A program made the position numbers and the translations under genes. Shown here piece by piece: positions 20,993 through 33,609 of a stretch of DNA of 64,000 bases. Every line of letters begins with the position of its first letter. Within the stretch, counting starts at the first letter, position 1. Under the pieces are notes generated by a model that was not told the origin of the DNA, made no database searches, and saw nothing but the letters and a program-made list of their open reading frames with translations. The DNA comes from Macrostomum lignano (Eukaryota): the NCBI GenBank assembly GCA_002269645.1, contig NIVC01003268.1, forward strand, positions 1 to 64,000. Reading direction: 5' to 3'.

Positions 20993-22555
20993 TCAAGGAG
21001 ACTTGGACAACAGATCGTCCTCGTCCCAGGCCGCTGGGGCTTGACTGGGAGATGGGAGTTGGTCGACGTCCATGGCCTCCTCACCCCCACCGGCCCCCCC
21101 AGCAGAGTGCTCAGGCTCCGATGACAGGATGGAGGAAGCTTCCTCATCTGCATCTTTACCTTCAGACCCCACCAGGGTGGCCGAGGAGAGCTCGGATTCC
21201 GAAGACCCGGCCTCGTCCTCAACTCCTTCTCCGACTGGCAGGTTTGGTTTCCGGGGCTTGGCCGGAGCCGTTACCACGGTCGCCGAACTGCTTCTAGCAG
21301 AGGGGCGAGACGCAGCTTTGGCTTTGGGATCGGCTTGCGCCTTTCCTTGGGCCTTAGACTGCGCCCCGCTCTTGCCGGAGATGCCGGGGTTGGCAGTAGC
21401 CTTCCCTTTGGCAGACTTTCCTCGGTGCATCTTGAGCTTGAGGGCACCCAGCTGGAAAGAGGATCCATTAGGGTACCGACTCGCCCAAGCGTTGGAAAGG
21501 CCGAGGACAATTGAGTTGCCCGTCTCCCCCCTGCGGACTCGGCGGTGATACACCAGTCGACTAGCAGGGAGGTCGGGGTTCAGACGCAGTAGGACCCGGC
21601 GGATAACGTCTGGTCCAGCTGCGGTGCTCTTAGCAGGGACGAAAACCACATAGGGTATCGTCTTTGGACGCTGGCCCTCGCGAAGAAAAAGAGCTCCACC
21701 AAGGTCAGCATCCAAGGAGACCGTCGGTAGCCGCAGGAGCAGCTGCCGAGCGTCCTCCTCGCTGCTAGGAGCAATAAGAACGAATGTGCTTCGCAGCACC
21801 ATCCGCTCAATGCCGATGGAGATTCCCTCCTCGACAGTCAGCTCAATCAGATAGGAGTCAACAGCACTCCACACTTTTTGAAGCTGATCAGTGGTCCAGT
21901 CCTGGTCGCGACCTTGGATGATCACTCCCGGGATTTTGGCCTTGGCCTTTGCCGCAAAGGTAGCTCCCGAAGGAACCTCCTTGTTGGCAGTGGCCATTTG
22001 TTGCGCCGTGGTTTCGGCCTCAGCAGCCGCGGCAGCAGCTCCAGGGAGCGCCGCCGCTGAACTACTGGAGCTTCCACCGGCCGGCCCGCCTGGTTGCCTT
22101 GGGACTCCAGTCGCTTCAGCATCCATGGTGGACGCCGCCGCTTTGGCCCCCGCAGCTCCCTTCTTGGCATGCCTTTTGGCGCGTTGTTTAGCGCGTTTGC
22201 GCTCAAGCCGAGCCCGCTGAGCTTCATCGGATCTGCCAGATTTGGCCGGTCCTTTAGGCTCAGAGCTCGCGGTTCCCTTAGATCCACCAGCGGAGCTGGC
22301 AGGTCTTTGGGTATTTTGAGTTTGGTAGCTCTGGTCGGATCTGCCAGCAGAGCCAGCCGGTCCTTCCTTTGCCACAGTTGAATCAGTCGGTTGGGATCTG
22401 CCAGCAGGGCCGGCCGGTCCTTTGGACTGAGGTTGGGGTTTAGAAGGGTCCCCGTCCCTAGAAATAGCTTGTTTATCCATAGTCGGCTCGAAGGCCATGA
22501 TAAAAGGTTGGTGGGCCACCCTCAAAGGGGCGCGGTACCCACCCGGCCGCTTCAC
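20993..22555 (-). CDS. LINE ORF1 (520 aa)
   Basis: Intact ORF directly upstream of ORF2; central globular region (LLRLNPDL..LVLGL..FQLG pattern) resembles LOA-group ORF1, flanked by low-complexity tails. Confidence 0.85.
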   Translation of the reverse strand: MKRPGGYRAPLRVAHQPFIMAFEPTMDKQAISRDGDPSKPQPQSKGPAGPAGRSQPTDSTVAKEGPAGSAGRSDQSYQTQNTQRPASSAGGSKGTASSEPKGPAKSGRSDEAQRARLERKRAKQRAKRHAKKGAAGAKAAASTMDAEATGVPRQPGGPAGGSSSSSAAALPGAAAAAAEAETTAQQMATANKEVPSGATFAAKAKAKIPGVIIQGRDQDWTTDQLQKVWSAVDSYLIELTVEEGISIGIERMVLRSTFVLIAPSSEEDARQLLLRLPTVSLDADLGGALFLREGQRPKTIPYVVFVPAKSTAAGPDVIRRVLLRLNPDLPASRLVYHRRVRRGETGNSIVLGLSNAWASRYPNGSSFQLGALKLKMHRGKSAKGKATANPGISGKSGAQSKAQGKAQADPKAKAASRPSARSSSATVVTAPAKPRKPNLPVGEGVEDEAGSSESELSSATLVGSEGKDADEEASSILSSEPEHSAGGAGGGEEAMDVDQLPSPSQAPAAWDEDDLLSKSP

Positions 22556-23457
22556 TCGACCGGGCAGTAGGCCAATAGAACCCTCAAGGCTGGCCCGACA
22601 CCAGGAGGGGGGACCGCTTGCAACCGGACTACTCCCCGGCCTTCCAGCCCATCGGCACGGTCAACACCTTAGGCATTAGAGAGTACGTTGAGCAGTACCA
22701 CGGCCTGCAGGTTGGCGAGCCAGACCCGCATACCCAAATTCGGCCGAAGCCACTGGATAGGGTCGCCAGCGCCGGAGCCCAGTCTGTCCAGCAGCCCTAG
22801 GGACTGCCTTGAACACACACGGGGACGAGTACCCTGGGTCGACTTGCGAGACAGCGTGGGGGGGGGTCTGCGGCTGCCGGAGGAAAATAGAGGGTGCAGA
22901 CCTCCCACCAGCCTTGACCTGCTGAAGATAGGGGCAGGCGTGAAGCATCGCAGACCTTAGTCCAAAGGCCTGGTCTGTCTCATACTTCACTGGCATGCTG
23001 AATACGCCTTCGCGTGCGTTGGCAGACCTCACAAGTGAGGCAAATTTCATAAAGAGCTTTATCGCAGCTCTTGAAGCCTTTCATCCTTTCAGCTTGCAGA
23101 CAATATGAATTTTACAAAAAAGTCAGGCCTTAGAAGTGGCCAATTAATTTTTATCAGACCTTTATATGAAATTTAACTATAGACTAGATATGCACTGCCT
23201 AGCAGGCAATGAAATTTTAAAGCTTTGTACATGTACATGCCTGAACCAAGACTCTGATGATAAGGCTATTCATTTGTATGTGCATTCAGTTCATAAATGT
23301 ACATTGAATCCAACCCATACCCCACCCCCCACATCTAGGCAAGGCAGTGCAACCCTTAAAACTAAAACACAGGTAGGCCTTGTCTGCTCCTAACTTCTCG
23401 AGGCCATAGTAGACAAAAATAAGTAATTAAGTAATAAAATAAAAATAACTTTACTAC

Positions 23458-24321
23458 AGATTGGCTCTTATCTCTGCGATGTTAACCATCCCCAGTGCAA
23501 AGAGATTGGCCGCCCCCCTCCTATCTCTGCAGTGTTAACCATCCCCAGTGCAAAGAGATTGGCCGCCCCCCTCCTATCTCTGCAGTGTTAACCATCCCCA
23601 GTGCAAAGAGATAGGCCGCCCCCCTCCTATCTCTGCAGTGTTAACCATCCCCAGTGCAAAGAGATTGGCCGCCCCCCCCTCCTATCTCTGCAGTGTTAAC
23701 CATCCCCAGTGTAAAGAGATAGGCCGCCTCTCCTATCTCTGCAGTGTTAACCATCCCCAGTGCAAAGAGATTGGCCGCCCCCCTCCTATCTCTGCAGTGT
23801 TAACCATCCCCAGTGCAAAGAGATAGGCCGCCCCCCTCCTATCTCTGCAGTGTTAACCATCCCCAGTGCAAAGAGATTGGCCGCCCCCCCCTCCTATCTC
23901 TGCAGTGTTAACCATCCCCAGTGTAAAGAGATAGGCCGCCTCTCCTATCTCTGCAGTGTTAACCATCCCCAGTGCAAAGAGATAGGCCGCCCCCCTCCTA
24001 TCTCTGCAGTGTTAACCATCCCCAGTGTAAAGAGATAGGCCGCCCCCCTCCTATCTCTGCAGTGTTAACCATCCCCAGTGTAAAGAGATTGGCCGCCCCC
24101 CTCCTATCTCTGCAGTGTTAACCATCCCCAGTGCAAAGAGATTGGCCGCCCCCCCCCCTCCTATCTCTGCAGTGTTAACCATCCCCATGTAAAGAGATAG
24201 GCCGCCCCCCTCCTATCTCTGCAGTGTTAACCATCCCCAGTGTAAAGAGATAGGCCGCCTCTCCTCCTATCTCTGCAGTGTTAACCATCCCCATGTAAAG
24301 AGATAGGCCGCCTCTCCTATC
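23458..24321. repeat. About 53-bp minisatellite, about 16 copies, each unit with an internal inverted repeat
   Basis: Unit CCTATCTCTGCAGTGTTAACCATCCCCAGTGCAAAGAGAT(A/T)GGCCGCCCCCCT; poly-C length varies. Confidence 0.95.
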
Positions 24322-24322
24322 C

Positions 24323-25500
24323 CAATGCAATCTGATGCAACCTGATACAATCTGATACAATCTGATACAATCTGATGCAACCTGATACAATCTGATACAA
24401 TCTGATACAATCTGATGCAATCTGATGCAATCTGATACAATCTGATGCAATCTGATACAATCTGATGCATTCTGATACAATCTGATGCAATCTGATACAA
24501 TCTGATACAATCTGATACAATCTGATACAATCTGATACAATCTGATGCAACCTGATACAATCTGATGTAATCTTATGCAATCTGATGCAACCTGATACAA
24601 TCTGATGTAATCTTATGCAATCTGATGCAACCTGATACAATCTGATGTAATCTTATGCAATCTGATGCAACCTGATACAATCTGATGCATTCTGATACAA
24701 TCTGATGCAACCTGATACAATCTGATGCAACCTGATACAATCTGATGCAACCTGATACAATCTGATGCAACCTGATACAATCTGATGTAATCTTATGCAA
24801 TCTGATGCAACCTGATACAATCTGATGTAATCTGATGCAATCTGATGCAACCTGATACAATCTGATGCAACCTGATACAATCTGATGCAACCTGATACAA
24901 TCTGATGTAATCTTATGCAATCTGATGCAATCTGATACAATCTGATGCATTCTGATACAATCTGATGCAACCTGATACAATCTGATGCAACCTGATACAA
25001 TCTGATGCAACCTGATACAATCTGATGCAACCTGATACAATCTGATGCAATCTGATACAATCTGATGCATTCTGATACAATCTGATGTAATCTTATGCAA
25101 TCTGATGCAATCTGATACAATCTGATGCAACCTGATACAATCTGATGCAACCTGATACAATCTGATGCAATCTGATACAATCTGATGCATTCTGATACAA
25201 TCTGATGCAACCTGATACAATCTGATGTAATCTTATACAATCTGATGCAACCTGATACAATCTGATGCAACCTGATACAATCTGATGCAACCTGATACAA
25301 TCTGATGTAATCTTATACAATCTGATGCAACCTGATACAATCTGATGCAACCTGATACAATCTGATGCAACCTGATACAATCTGATGCAATCTGATACAA
25401 TCTGATGCAACCTGATACAATCTGATGCAACCTGATACAATCTGATGTAATCTTATGCAATCTGATGCAATCTGATGCAATCTGATGCAACCTGATGCAA
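24323..25500. repeat. 10-bp satellite (CAA(T/C)CTGAT(A/G))n, about 118 copies, with 20-bp dimer structure
   Basis: Direct inspection. Confidence 0.97.
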
Positions 25501-25523
25501 TCCAGTGTCTAAACGCACGAACT

Positions 25524-26445
<922 letters not shown>

Positions 26446-28806
26446 TCCAGTGTCTAAACGCACGAACTCCCACTTCTAGACCGCAAGCCTGGGAAAGAAA
26501 TTTATTGATTAGTTACTATTGCTGGCTCCTCTTTTTTGTTTGGCAGGTTGGTAGAGCTTGTCTACTCATCGTAGTACTCCTCTGCAGTTGTCTTCTTGAA
26601 TTTTGAAGTCGACCGAGTATGAGAGAACTTTAGTGAACGTATCAAGTCAATCCATCGACGTCAATGTGTTCCTCACAATCAAAATTAGAATTAGAAGACG
26701 CGCCCTAATAACAAATTCAACTCTATAACAATAGCTCGTAACGAGGTCCTCCAGGAAGGGCGTCTTCTTCTAGAAATAACAAAATCGGAGTCCCGTGCCC
26801 CTATCTCGTACTCTAGGTACCAAAACCAATCAATCAATAATCATCTAAGAGTATCTGAATCGGTCCGCAGATCCTATCCAATCCCTTAGAAATAGGGAGG
26901 CCTTCGATTCATTAGCTCAGTAAAATCAACTCATCAGTAACGGCTGGCAATAGCACAGCTCTCAATCAGAGATGTGGTCTTGATTGGCTGCTCTAGCAAA
27001 GTCCAAGCCCAAGACTGGATGGATTTTTCGTTTGTAATTTATACAAAATTTTAAGTCAACTTTGAACTCAAACCGGTGTTTTGATGAGGTCAAGAAATGA
27101 ATTTTATCATTGGACCGGTGGGGTTTCTGAATAGAAAAGGGTGAAACCTGGATGCATTCCGGTTAAAATTCACCATATTTGTAAATTCTAAAAATAGATG
27201 ATGCGAAGCTGTTTTTTGAACTATATAATGATCATTCGCTGTTTTCGTGAATTACTGCTATAAAAAAGTAGCGAATGACGCATGCTATTTTTAAATTTAT
27301 ATTCGTATTTTTATTTTACTAGTTTTAGTAGTCTGCTATGTTTGGAGATCTCCACACATCTGGTCTAAGCTGTTCTGTCTCATGTCCTGTCTACAAGAAT
27401 TTAGTCGTCAGTCCTCTGGAACCTCAAAAATATTGAGCGATTCAGCCAGAAAGTCGGAATTGATCCATCAGCACCAGTGAATTGAATACTCCACTTTGCG
27501 TCAATCAGCACTGCATCTCGGTGTGTCGTTGCCAAGCCTCCCTATTTTATCACAACGCCAACCGCATGTGTCTACAACAGCTCTGGCTTCGTTGATAACT
27601 GGAATTTACACGGGCGGAGCTTCTGGATCTTCAACAGTGCCACCAACAGACTATGGATGCCAACCTGTCGCGAATTTTTGTGACGTCTAAGATCAAGAGT
27701 CAACGGAGGGCAAACCCGGACCGCTTGGTGTCCTTACCTACTTGTAGTATCTCAAGCATTCGGACATCATCCAGAAACCGTTGGTACCTTCAGCCGACTG
27801 CACCAGTAGACTATGTACGTTTTGCTTGAAGTTGCACAGCGAAATAAATGCATTTTGTGCATTGTTACGAACGCGAGATCCTCTCTGCGTAAGAAGTCAG
27901 TTTACACTTGATGAAACTGAAAAACTTGCCAATTAGTTATTTGCTAGATGGATAGCAATGCATTCAAAATTACTTATAACAATATAATTCAATAATATGA
28001 CACGTGATTAGTGTTACTCCTCATGAATTAAATAGTTTTAATAGCTTCAGAAATGAAATAGATATGATGAAAAATCTCAATTAGGTGCAGCTGCTGGTTG
28101 CCACCCGTCGAAGAAGCCGAAGGCATCAGCGTGAAGGCTGCATGCAACTACCTGGGAGTCTGGCTAAGGTTGTCCAGCAGTTGGGATTTTCCCATTATTG
28201 AAGCTTGATAAGAAAATGCTGACATGGCGAAGTGCAGATTGGCGCACGAAGGTGAATTGAATACAACAGCGCTAATGGTAGGAATCAGACAAAAACTATG
28301 AGACAAAAGGGAAAAAAACTCAGAGGGGGAATTCTACTCTTGGTAATTTTACGGGTAAACTCGGGTGTCTCCAAAAATCTGTATTACATAAAATTATCTA
28401 AAAGCAAAAACCCAGATAGCACTTCATGAGCTGCAGATGAAAGAACGACCCAAGCTACAAAACACCGTATTGAAGCTTAGACACAGTTCGCATTGCAGGC
28501 TGCAAAAACAAAGCCCCAGAACTTCCGAAAGGTCATCCAGCACAAACAGAAAATAACGCAGCAAGGCAGGTAAAATTGATGCGCTGCATGGTACAAAGGT
28601 TGCGAGTGACGCATGCAGTACCTGGGGATTCCAGACACTGTCTGGCAGAGATAAAAGTGCATTTAGTCACGGGATTCTGGCCAACCGAATCCCCAGCTGA
28701 GGCAAACAGTCTGATGCAAATGGCAAACCGCGTGACGCGTTTGGAATGCGAAGTGCAGCCTGCAGTCACGTGAAATTTATCCCATGGGCAGGGAATGCTT
28801 CTTCTC

Positions 28807-28814
28807 TATATAAA
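28807..28814 (+). promoter_or_regulatory. TATA box of fibrinogen-related gene copy 1
   Basis: TATATAAA about 75 bp upstream of ATG 28887; conserved in copy 3 (62309-62316), destroyed in copy 2. Confidence 0.6.
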
Positions 28815-28886
28815 TGCAGCCATTTTACAGGATGCAGCTGCAATCCTCAGATTACCGATACAACAACGAAAGGCGAACTTGACTCG

Positions 28887-29974
28887 ATGCAGCTCTTTCA
28901 GTTGCGAGTTTCTGCAGCGTTGGCTCTGCTGCTCTGCTCGCTGGCAGCCGGCCAGGTCTCCCAGTGCGCTCCCGCTGACTCTCCGCGGCTCCGCTTCGTG
29001 GCGCAGCTCAGCGTGAACGGCTGCGCGCTGTTCGTGCACGACACGGGAGCGAGCGACGGTCCGCACTTGGCAGTCGAGCCGCTCATGTGCGTGACGGACA
29101 GCCTGAGAGGCATTGTTCCCCGATTCGACTTCATCACCCAGCAGATGTACTTCAGCGTTCCTGTATTGATGAGGGATGCTGGGATGCTCGCAGAGGCTCA
29201 GCGTCAACTGCGGCGTCTGTCACCGAGGTCTGTGAGCTTCGCCACGGTGACCAACATCAGCGTCTCAGCCGACACCCGCTCATCGGTTCGGGTTTTGGGC
29301 TTTCTGTGGACTCCAAATGAGACAGTAGCCACTCTGAGACTCGGCTTTGGAGAGAAGAAAGTCAACCCAATAAGAGGTTTTGTGTTACAAAATACGCCGA
29401 TTAAAAATCGGGAAAAAATTGAAAATTCAACAATCGAGACTCTAAAAAATGTAAAACTCTCAGCTACTCTTCTGTTGAATGGCTGTTTCCATGATGTCGA
29501 CAGCAGCGTCATGCTGCAAAACGACAGCTTCATCGAAGTCGGCGTGTACAAGCAAAAATTCTTACCCGCGTGCCGACAGCTGCGGTTCAATCGGTACGTT
29601 AAACTCGCGAACTGCTCTGCCCGAGTGCACCAGAGACTCGACATCAAGGGCCACTTCCTCATCGAGCCTCGGCTGTGCCACAACATCTCCAGCTTGAGCA
29701 GCGAGTCAGTCAGGTATGACTACAGCCGAGACATGCACTACCTTAAGCTGGATCTGGTGCTGCAAGATGAGGCCACACGCGATGCTGTGAGGACTCAGTT
29801 GGCCGACTTGTCGCCTCGCTCGGTCGACTTCATGCGACTGTGGACTGCTGAGAGATCGGTGAGCTCTTCGTTGAGTGCTCGGTTTGAGGTCGGTCCGCTG
29901 ATGGCGGCGGCAGACTGGAGGTCCGCTCAGCTGCGGCTGCTCTGCGGAAACTGGACGGAGTGCCGCGATCTCAG
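28887..29974 (+). CDS. Fibrinogen-related secreted protein copy 1, exon 1 (signal peptide plus two repeats of an unrecognised domain)
   Basis: ATG 28887, signal peptide MQLFQLRVSAALALLLCSLAAG. Donor CAG/GTTGGC at 29974/29975 (phase 2) matches acceptor TTCCAG/G at 30382/30383; both sites conserved in copy 3. Confidence 0.75.
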
Positions 29975-30382
29975 GTTGGCTGACATTTTTAAGGCATGTC
30001 TGTGAAGGCTTTACCTTTCATTTACCTTGATTTTATATTTTATATTTTTGCTTTCGAGCTGCTCTTCGCTGAACAGGTCATTATGAGTTTTGTAGTGAGA
30101 TTAAGAAAGATTTTTTTAGTATCAGTTTGGATGAAGAGTAAATTTTTGTCGGTAAGTCTCAGGTGGCCCGAATTGATGACCTAAAAAACACACAAACACA
30201 AATAGCATAGTTTTATAGTTTATGAAATAATTGCATGTTAGCGGCATCATTACTGTTTACCACATATACCCAGACTATAATATTTTACATTATTTACCAT
30301 TACTTGCTTTCGGCTTGTTTGACTTTATCTATCTATTCCTTCTTAGCGCTGTGCCGTTTACAAAGCAATTGACGACTTCCAG

Positions 30383-30723
30383 GGCTGCTGTGCTGGCGGA
30401 GCCCGCTGACCTGTGGCGACACGTGCAGTGGCGGGTGACGTCGCTGGTATCTAAGCAGTGCCTCCTAAAGTCCAACCGAATCACTTCATCATGGAGAATG
30501 AAGCCATCTGAAGATACAGTCAGCTGCTCCAGTCTGAAGTCCTGCGCCAGGCTGCAATGCGCCTCTGTTCAACGCACAGCGAACTCTTCCAGTGCGGTTC
30601 AACTGCAGCCAGACGGTCGCTGCTTCCTGAAGATTCAGGAGCGACTCACTGGCAGTGTGAGTTTTCAACGCAACTGGACTGAGTACGAGACTGGGTTCGG
30701 TGATGGCACTGACTTCTGGATCG
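30383..30723 (+). CDS. Copy 1, exon 2 (Cys-rich PAN-like module plus start of fibrinogen domain)
   Basis: SLKSCARLQC...DGRC then KIQERLTGSVSFQRNWTEYETGFGDGTDFWI; donor G/GTGAGC, phase 1. Confidence 0.85.
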
Positions 30724-31106
30724 GTGAGCGGCTTTTTTCATCGATTTTTCATATTACGTCTCAGGAATGGAAGCAGATCTTGTGCACTTATTAGCAGAAG
30801 GCTAGGTGACTCATTCTAAGTGAATGATGGAATGCATTCAATTGATGGAGGGGGTTGAAGTATTGCTCAGCTGGATAAAATGTTCAGTTAACGTTGCGTC
30901 ATAAGCTGGGTAATGCTCAATCGTGTATTGGCGTTGTCAGGTCTTGTGCGGCTTCAGTAAAACCTTATTTTCATGGAGTGCACTGAAAAGATGAGACCAT
31001 CGGTTCTTTCATTCTTAGTTCGAGGAGAGACCTGAGTACATGCTTCCCTCTGATTTCGGGAGAAACAGGAATATTGAGCTGCATGTTTTTTTCAATGAAA
31101 TCCAAA

Positions 31107-31628
31107 TGTGGGGTCTGGCCTGTTGAGTGCTCTTGCACTTGGTCGTTGGAGTTGTTTTTGCGTGCGCCCCATCCCTGGACCAGTTCTGGCTGGTCAGTGG
31201 GGGGAGTCGCTCGGCCCCGCTTCAGTCTTCTCCGCGGCGGCCACTGATTGGCTGGGCTTGTGTTTTTGTGTTTTTCTTTTCTCTCTACCCGCGGTGGCCT
31301 CTGATTAGCTGGGCCTGAGAGCTTGTGTTTTTCGCTCTAGCCCTTATTCAATGAGATCTGCTCGGCGGGCACGCTGATTGGCTGAGAAGTAGTTTTTTGT
31401 TTGGCGTCTTTCTCTCACGCTGTCTGCCTCTCTGCCCGGTTTAAGTGGTATAAATTGTTCTCCAGCCTGGCCCAGCCAGCTCCCCCGCCCCGCGCCTTGC
31501 GCATAATTCTCCAAACTAAACTAGCGATACTCAAGCGAGCCGTGAAGACGGTCTCTTACTGCGACGACTCAGCTAATTGCGAGTAAATAAAGCAGTCAGG
31601 TGGTAGATATATTCGAACAAGCTTCACA
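31107..31628 (+). mobile_element. LTR-like segment in intron 2 of copy 1
   Basis: Starts TGTG, contains TATAAAT and AATAAA, ends CACA, followed by PBS-like TGGCACC; absent from the paralogous intron; no TSD or partner LTR found. Confidence 0.35.
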
Positions 31629-32307
31629 GCTTCTGGCACCGGTAAGACGCCGAGTTCATTCGCTTCTTTAGCTTTTCTGAGGATTTTTCGTAGCAGTGAT
31701 TCCATAGCTAGAGCGTCATCACGCCTGCGACTGTGACCACTGCAGCACAGCAGCGTTGTATATTGTGTATTATTGTAGTACTGTACCGGTTACTTTATAT
31801 AGTGTGTACATCCTACAGTATCGAAACTAGAAGCATTCGAGAGTGTTACCACACCTCGAGCCGCAGCATGAATGCTGAGTGTCACAACACCAGACGGATC
31901 GACCTATTATCGCAGAGCGTCGTCATATCTGCTCGTATCCATAAAAGTACAAGACAGAGCGTCACTACGCCTGTTATTTTACGTATAACCTATTGTACTC
32001 CGGACTGGGCACTCAAACTGACCCGGGTTACGACACAAAGTATTGCTAAGGAGTTTTGTTGTTTAAGATTCGCTAGTGGCTGATTTAGTATATGTAGCTC
32101 GCAGACCAACCAAGCATCAAGCACAGCTGCTACAGTGACCCGATTGTGCAAGAAACAATGCCGAGTTGCTGCATGCATGCATAAATCTGCAGACAGACTC
32201 ATCGTAGGCATCACAGGGATACTCGTAGAGTCTGTTTGAGGTTGATGGCGAAGATCTGCAGGTTGGCGAGATGGCGAGAGCTGCAGCTGTCTTGATGCAC
32301 AGTTTTG

Positions 32308-32448
32308 TGCCGACTGCTTTACTCTGGTTGCTGTCATCTGTTTGCGCTTGTGCCAATCATGAGCAGCGCTCTCATGCCGACTGCTTTACCCTGGTTGCTG
32401 TCATCTGTTTGCGCTTGTGCCAATCATGAGCAGCGCTCTCACGCCGAC
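32308..32448. repeat. 67-bp tandem duplication
   Basis: TGCCGACTGCTTTAC.CTGGTTGCTGTCATCTG... at 32308 and 32375. Confidence 0.9.
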
Positions 32449-32751
32449 GCGCTCCTTTGTGGGTGAACCCAAATTATTCCTGTTAAAGCGCGCTCGTGTC
32501 CCAAAAAATACTCAGAAGATGCGTTTCAGTATTCTGCCCGTTCGACCCTGCAAGTATGAGTTAGGATATTGCATTTTTTTCATACGAACGCCACCTTGAA
32601 TTTTCCTTATAAACCTAAAGAAGATTGAAGGGCAACATTTGCACGAAAGGGGATGCAACCCTACAACCCTGCAAAAGCAACAGCTCGAATTTAAAGTGTA
32701 TACATGTATGGCATTAAAATGCAAACAGCGATGCAAGAAAATAAGAAAAAT

Positions 32752-33016
32752 ATACTCAGCAACATCGAAAAGTAGCCATCACTGAAGATCCGTCTGTGGT
32801 CGCCACTTTTGAGATTGCAGGTGAGGTCTCTCAAAATTTTGGAGTGACGCAACTTACTCGTAGTTACGCCGCGGCAGACTTTAGTTGAGGAATGAAGTGG
32901 GGATTGGTGTGCGAGGGTTGGACGGATTAAAGCTATCCAGATCAGTTTTCTCGAATCTTTCCTCGTAAATTGCTCACTGGCGCATAGAGTGGCGACTTTT
33001 CAATGTTGCTGAGTAT
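32752..33016. mobile_element. MITE-like element with about 29-bp imperfect terminal inverted repeats
   Basis: ATACTCAGCAACATCGAAAAGTAGCCA at left versus reverse complement ATACTCAGCAACATTGAAAAGTCGCCA at right; no clear TSD. Confidence 0.45.
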
Positions 33017-33609
33017 GTAATTTTTAAAGAAAAAACTGAGCACAACTAAAAGCGCTGCATAAACTGAGCGTGACGCAAATAAATGGGCGACGGCGCAGAA
33101 GCTAAGGCCCCCGCACCAGGACACCAGCTCATGCACGCAGAGCCAAGCACCCCCTCCCCAAACAGCGCGGACAGATAATGGGGAAGAGAGAACGCGTGCA
33201 AAGCGACACTGGCGGGGCAAAGGAGTAAAAACTGGTTAGGGACTTGTCTAAGCCATTCACAGACCAGCACATTACGGTATTCTCGCATACAATTCTATAT
33301 AGATAAGTGATGGCCCGGTCTTAGGTCTATTATTCAATGTTGAAACTCTGAGTTTTCAATGATAGGGCAGTCTGAGTTGAGGAGCAAAAAGGCCGTCCAA
33401 CTGAAGCATCACCAGCTTTCAGGTTGGCTGCATCAGCAGAAGTCATTCGCGCATTAATCCAGATTTTCAGCACAAGACATGTCAAACGTTTTGCTATATA
33501 ACCTTGTGCGTTGAAATATTTTCATGAACATCCGAATTTCGACTTACCTGACAGCAGCGGCGACAAGCCGAGCAGAAGTGACTCAGACTCAGCCGCTCTC
33601 CTCCCGCAG

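Larger units (their letters stand above)
17130..23050 (-). mobile_element. Near full-length non-LTR retrotransposon, LOA/R1 group, with RNase H
   Basis: ORF1 plus ORF2 (APE, RT, RNase H, C-terminal CxxC..HxxxxC); 3' end abuts a (CTAAA)n tract; 5' boundary approximate. Confidence 0.9.

Noticed and set aside
22560-23060. HDV-like ribozyme in the LINE 5' UTR
   Set aside because: A TTCACG loop-like motif and some stems are present, but I could not assemble P1/P3 pairings; needs a descriptor search.
23458-24321. CRISPR-like array (hairpin repeat); the 21-bp repeat at 2539 was considered too
   Set aside because: Units are head-to-tail with no unique spacers, no cas genes, eukaryotic context.
28533-28769. 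Cys-rich minus-strand ORF conserved upstream of all three copies
   Set aside because: GTG start, non-conserved stop; conservation is explained by recent duplication or conversion of the promoter block.
28746-28886. 47-aa N-terminal extension of the exon-1 ORF (also copies 2 and 3)
   Set aside because: It spans the TATA box and precedes a clear signal peptide starting at ATG 28887.
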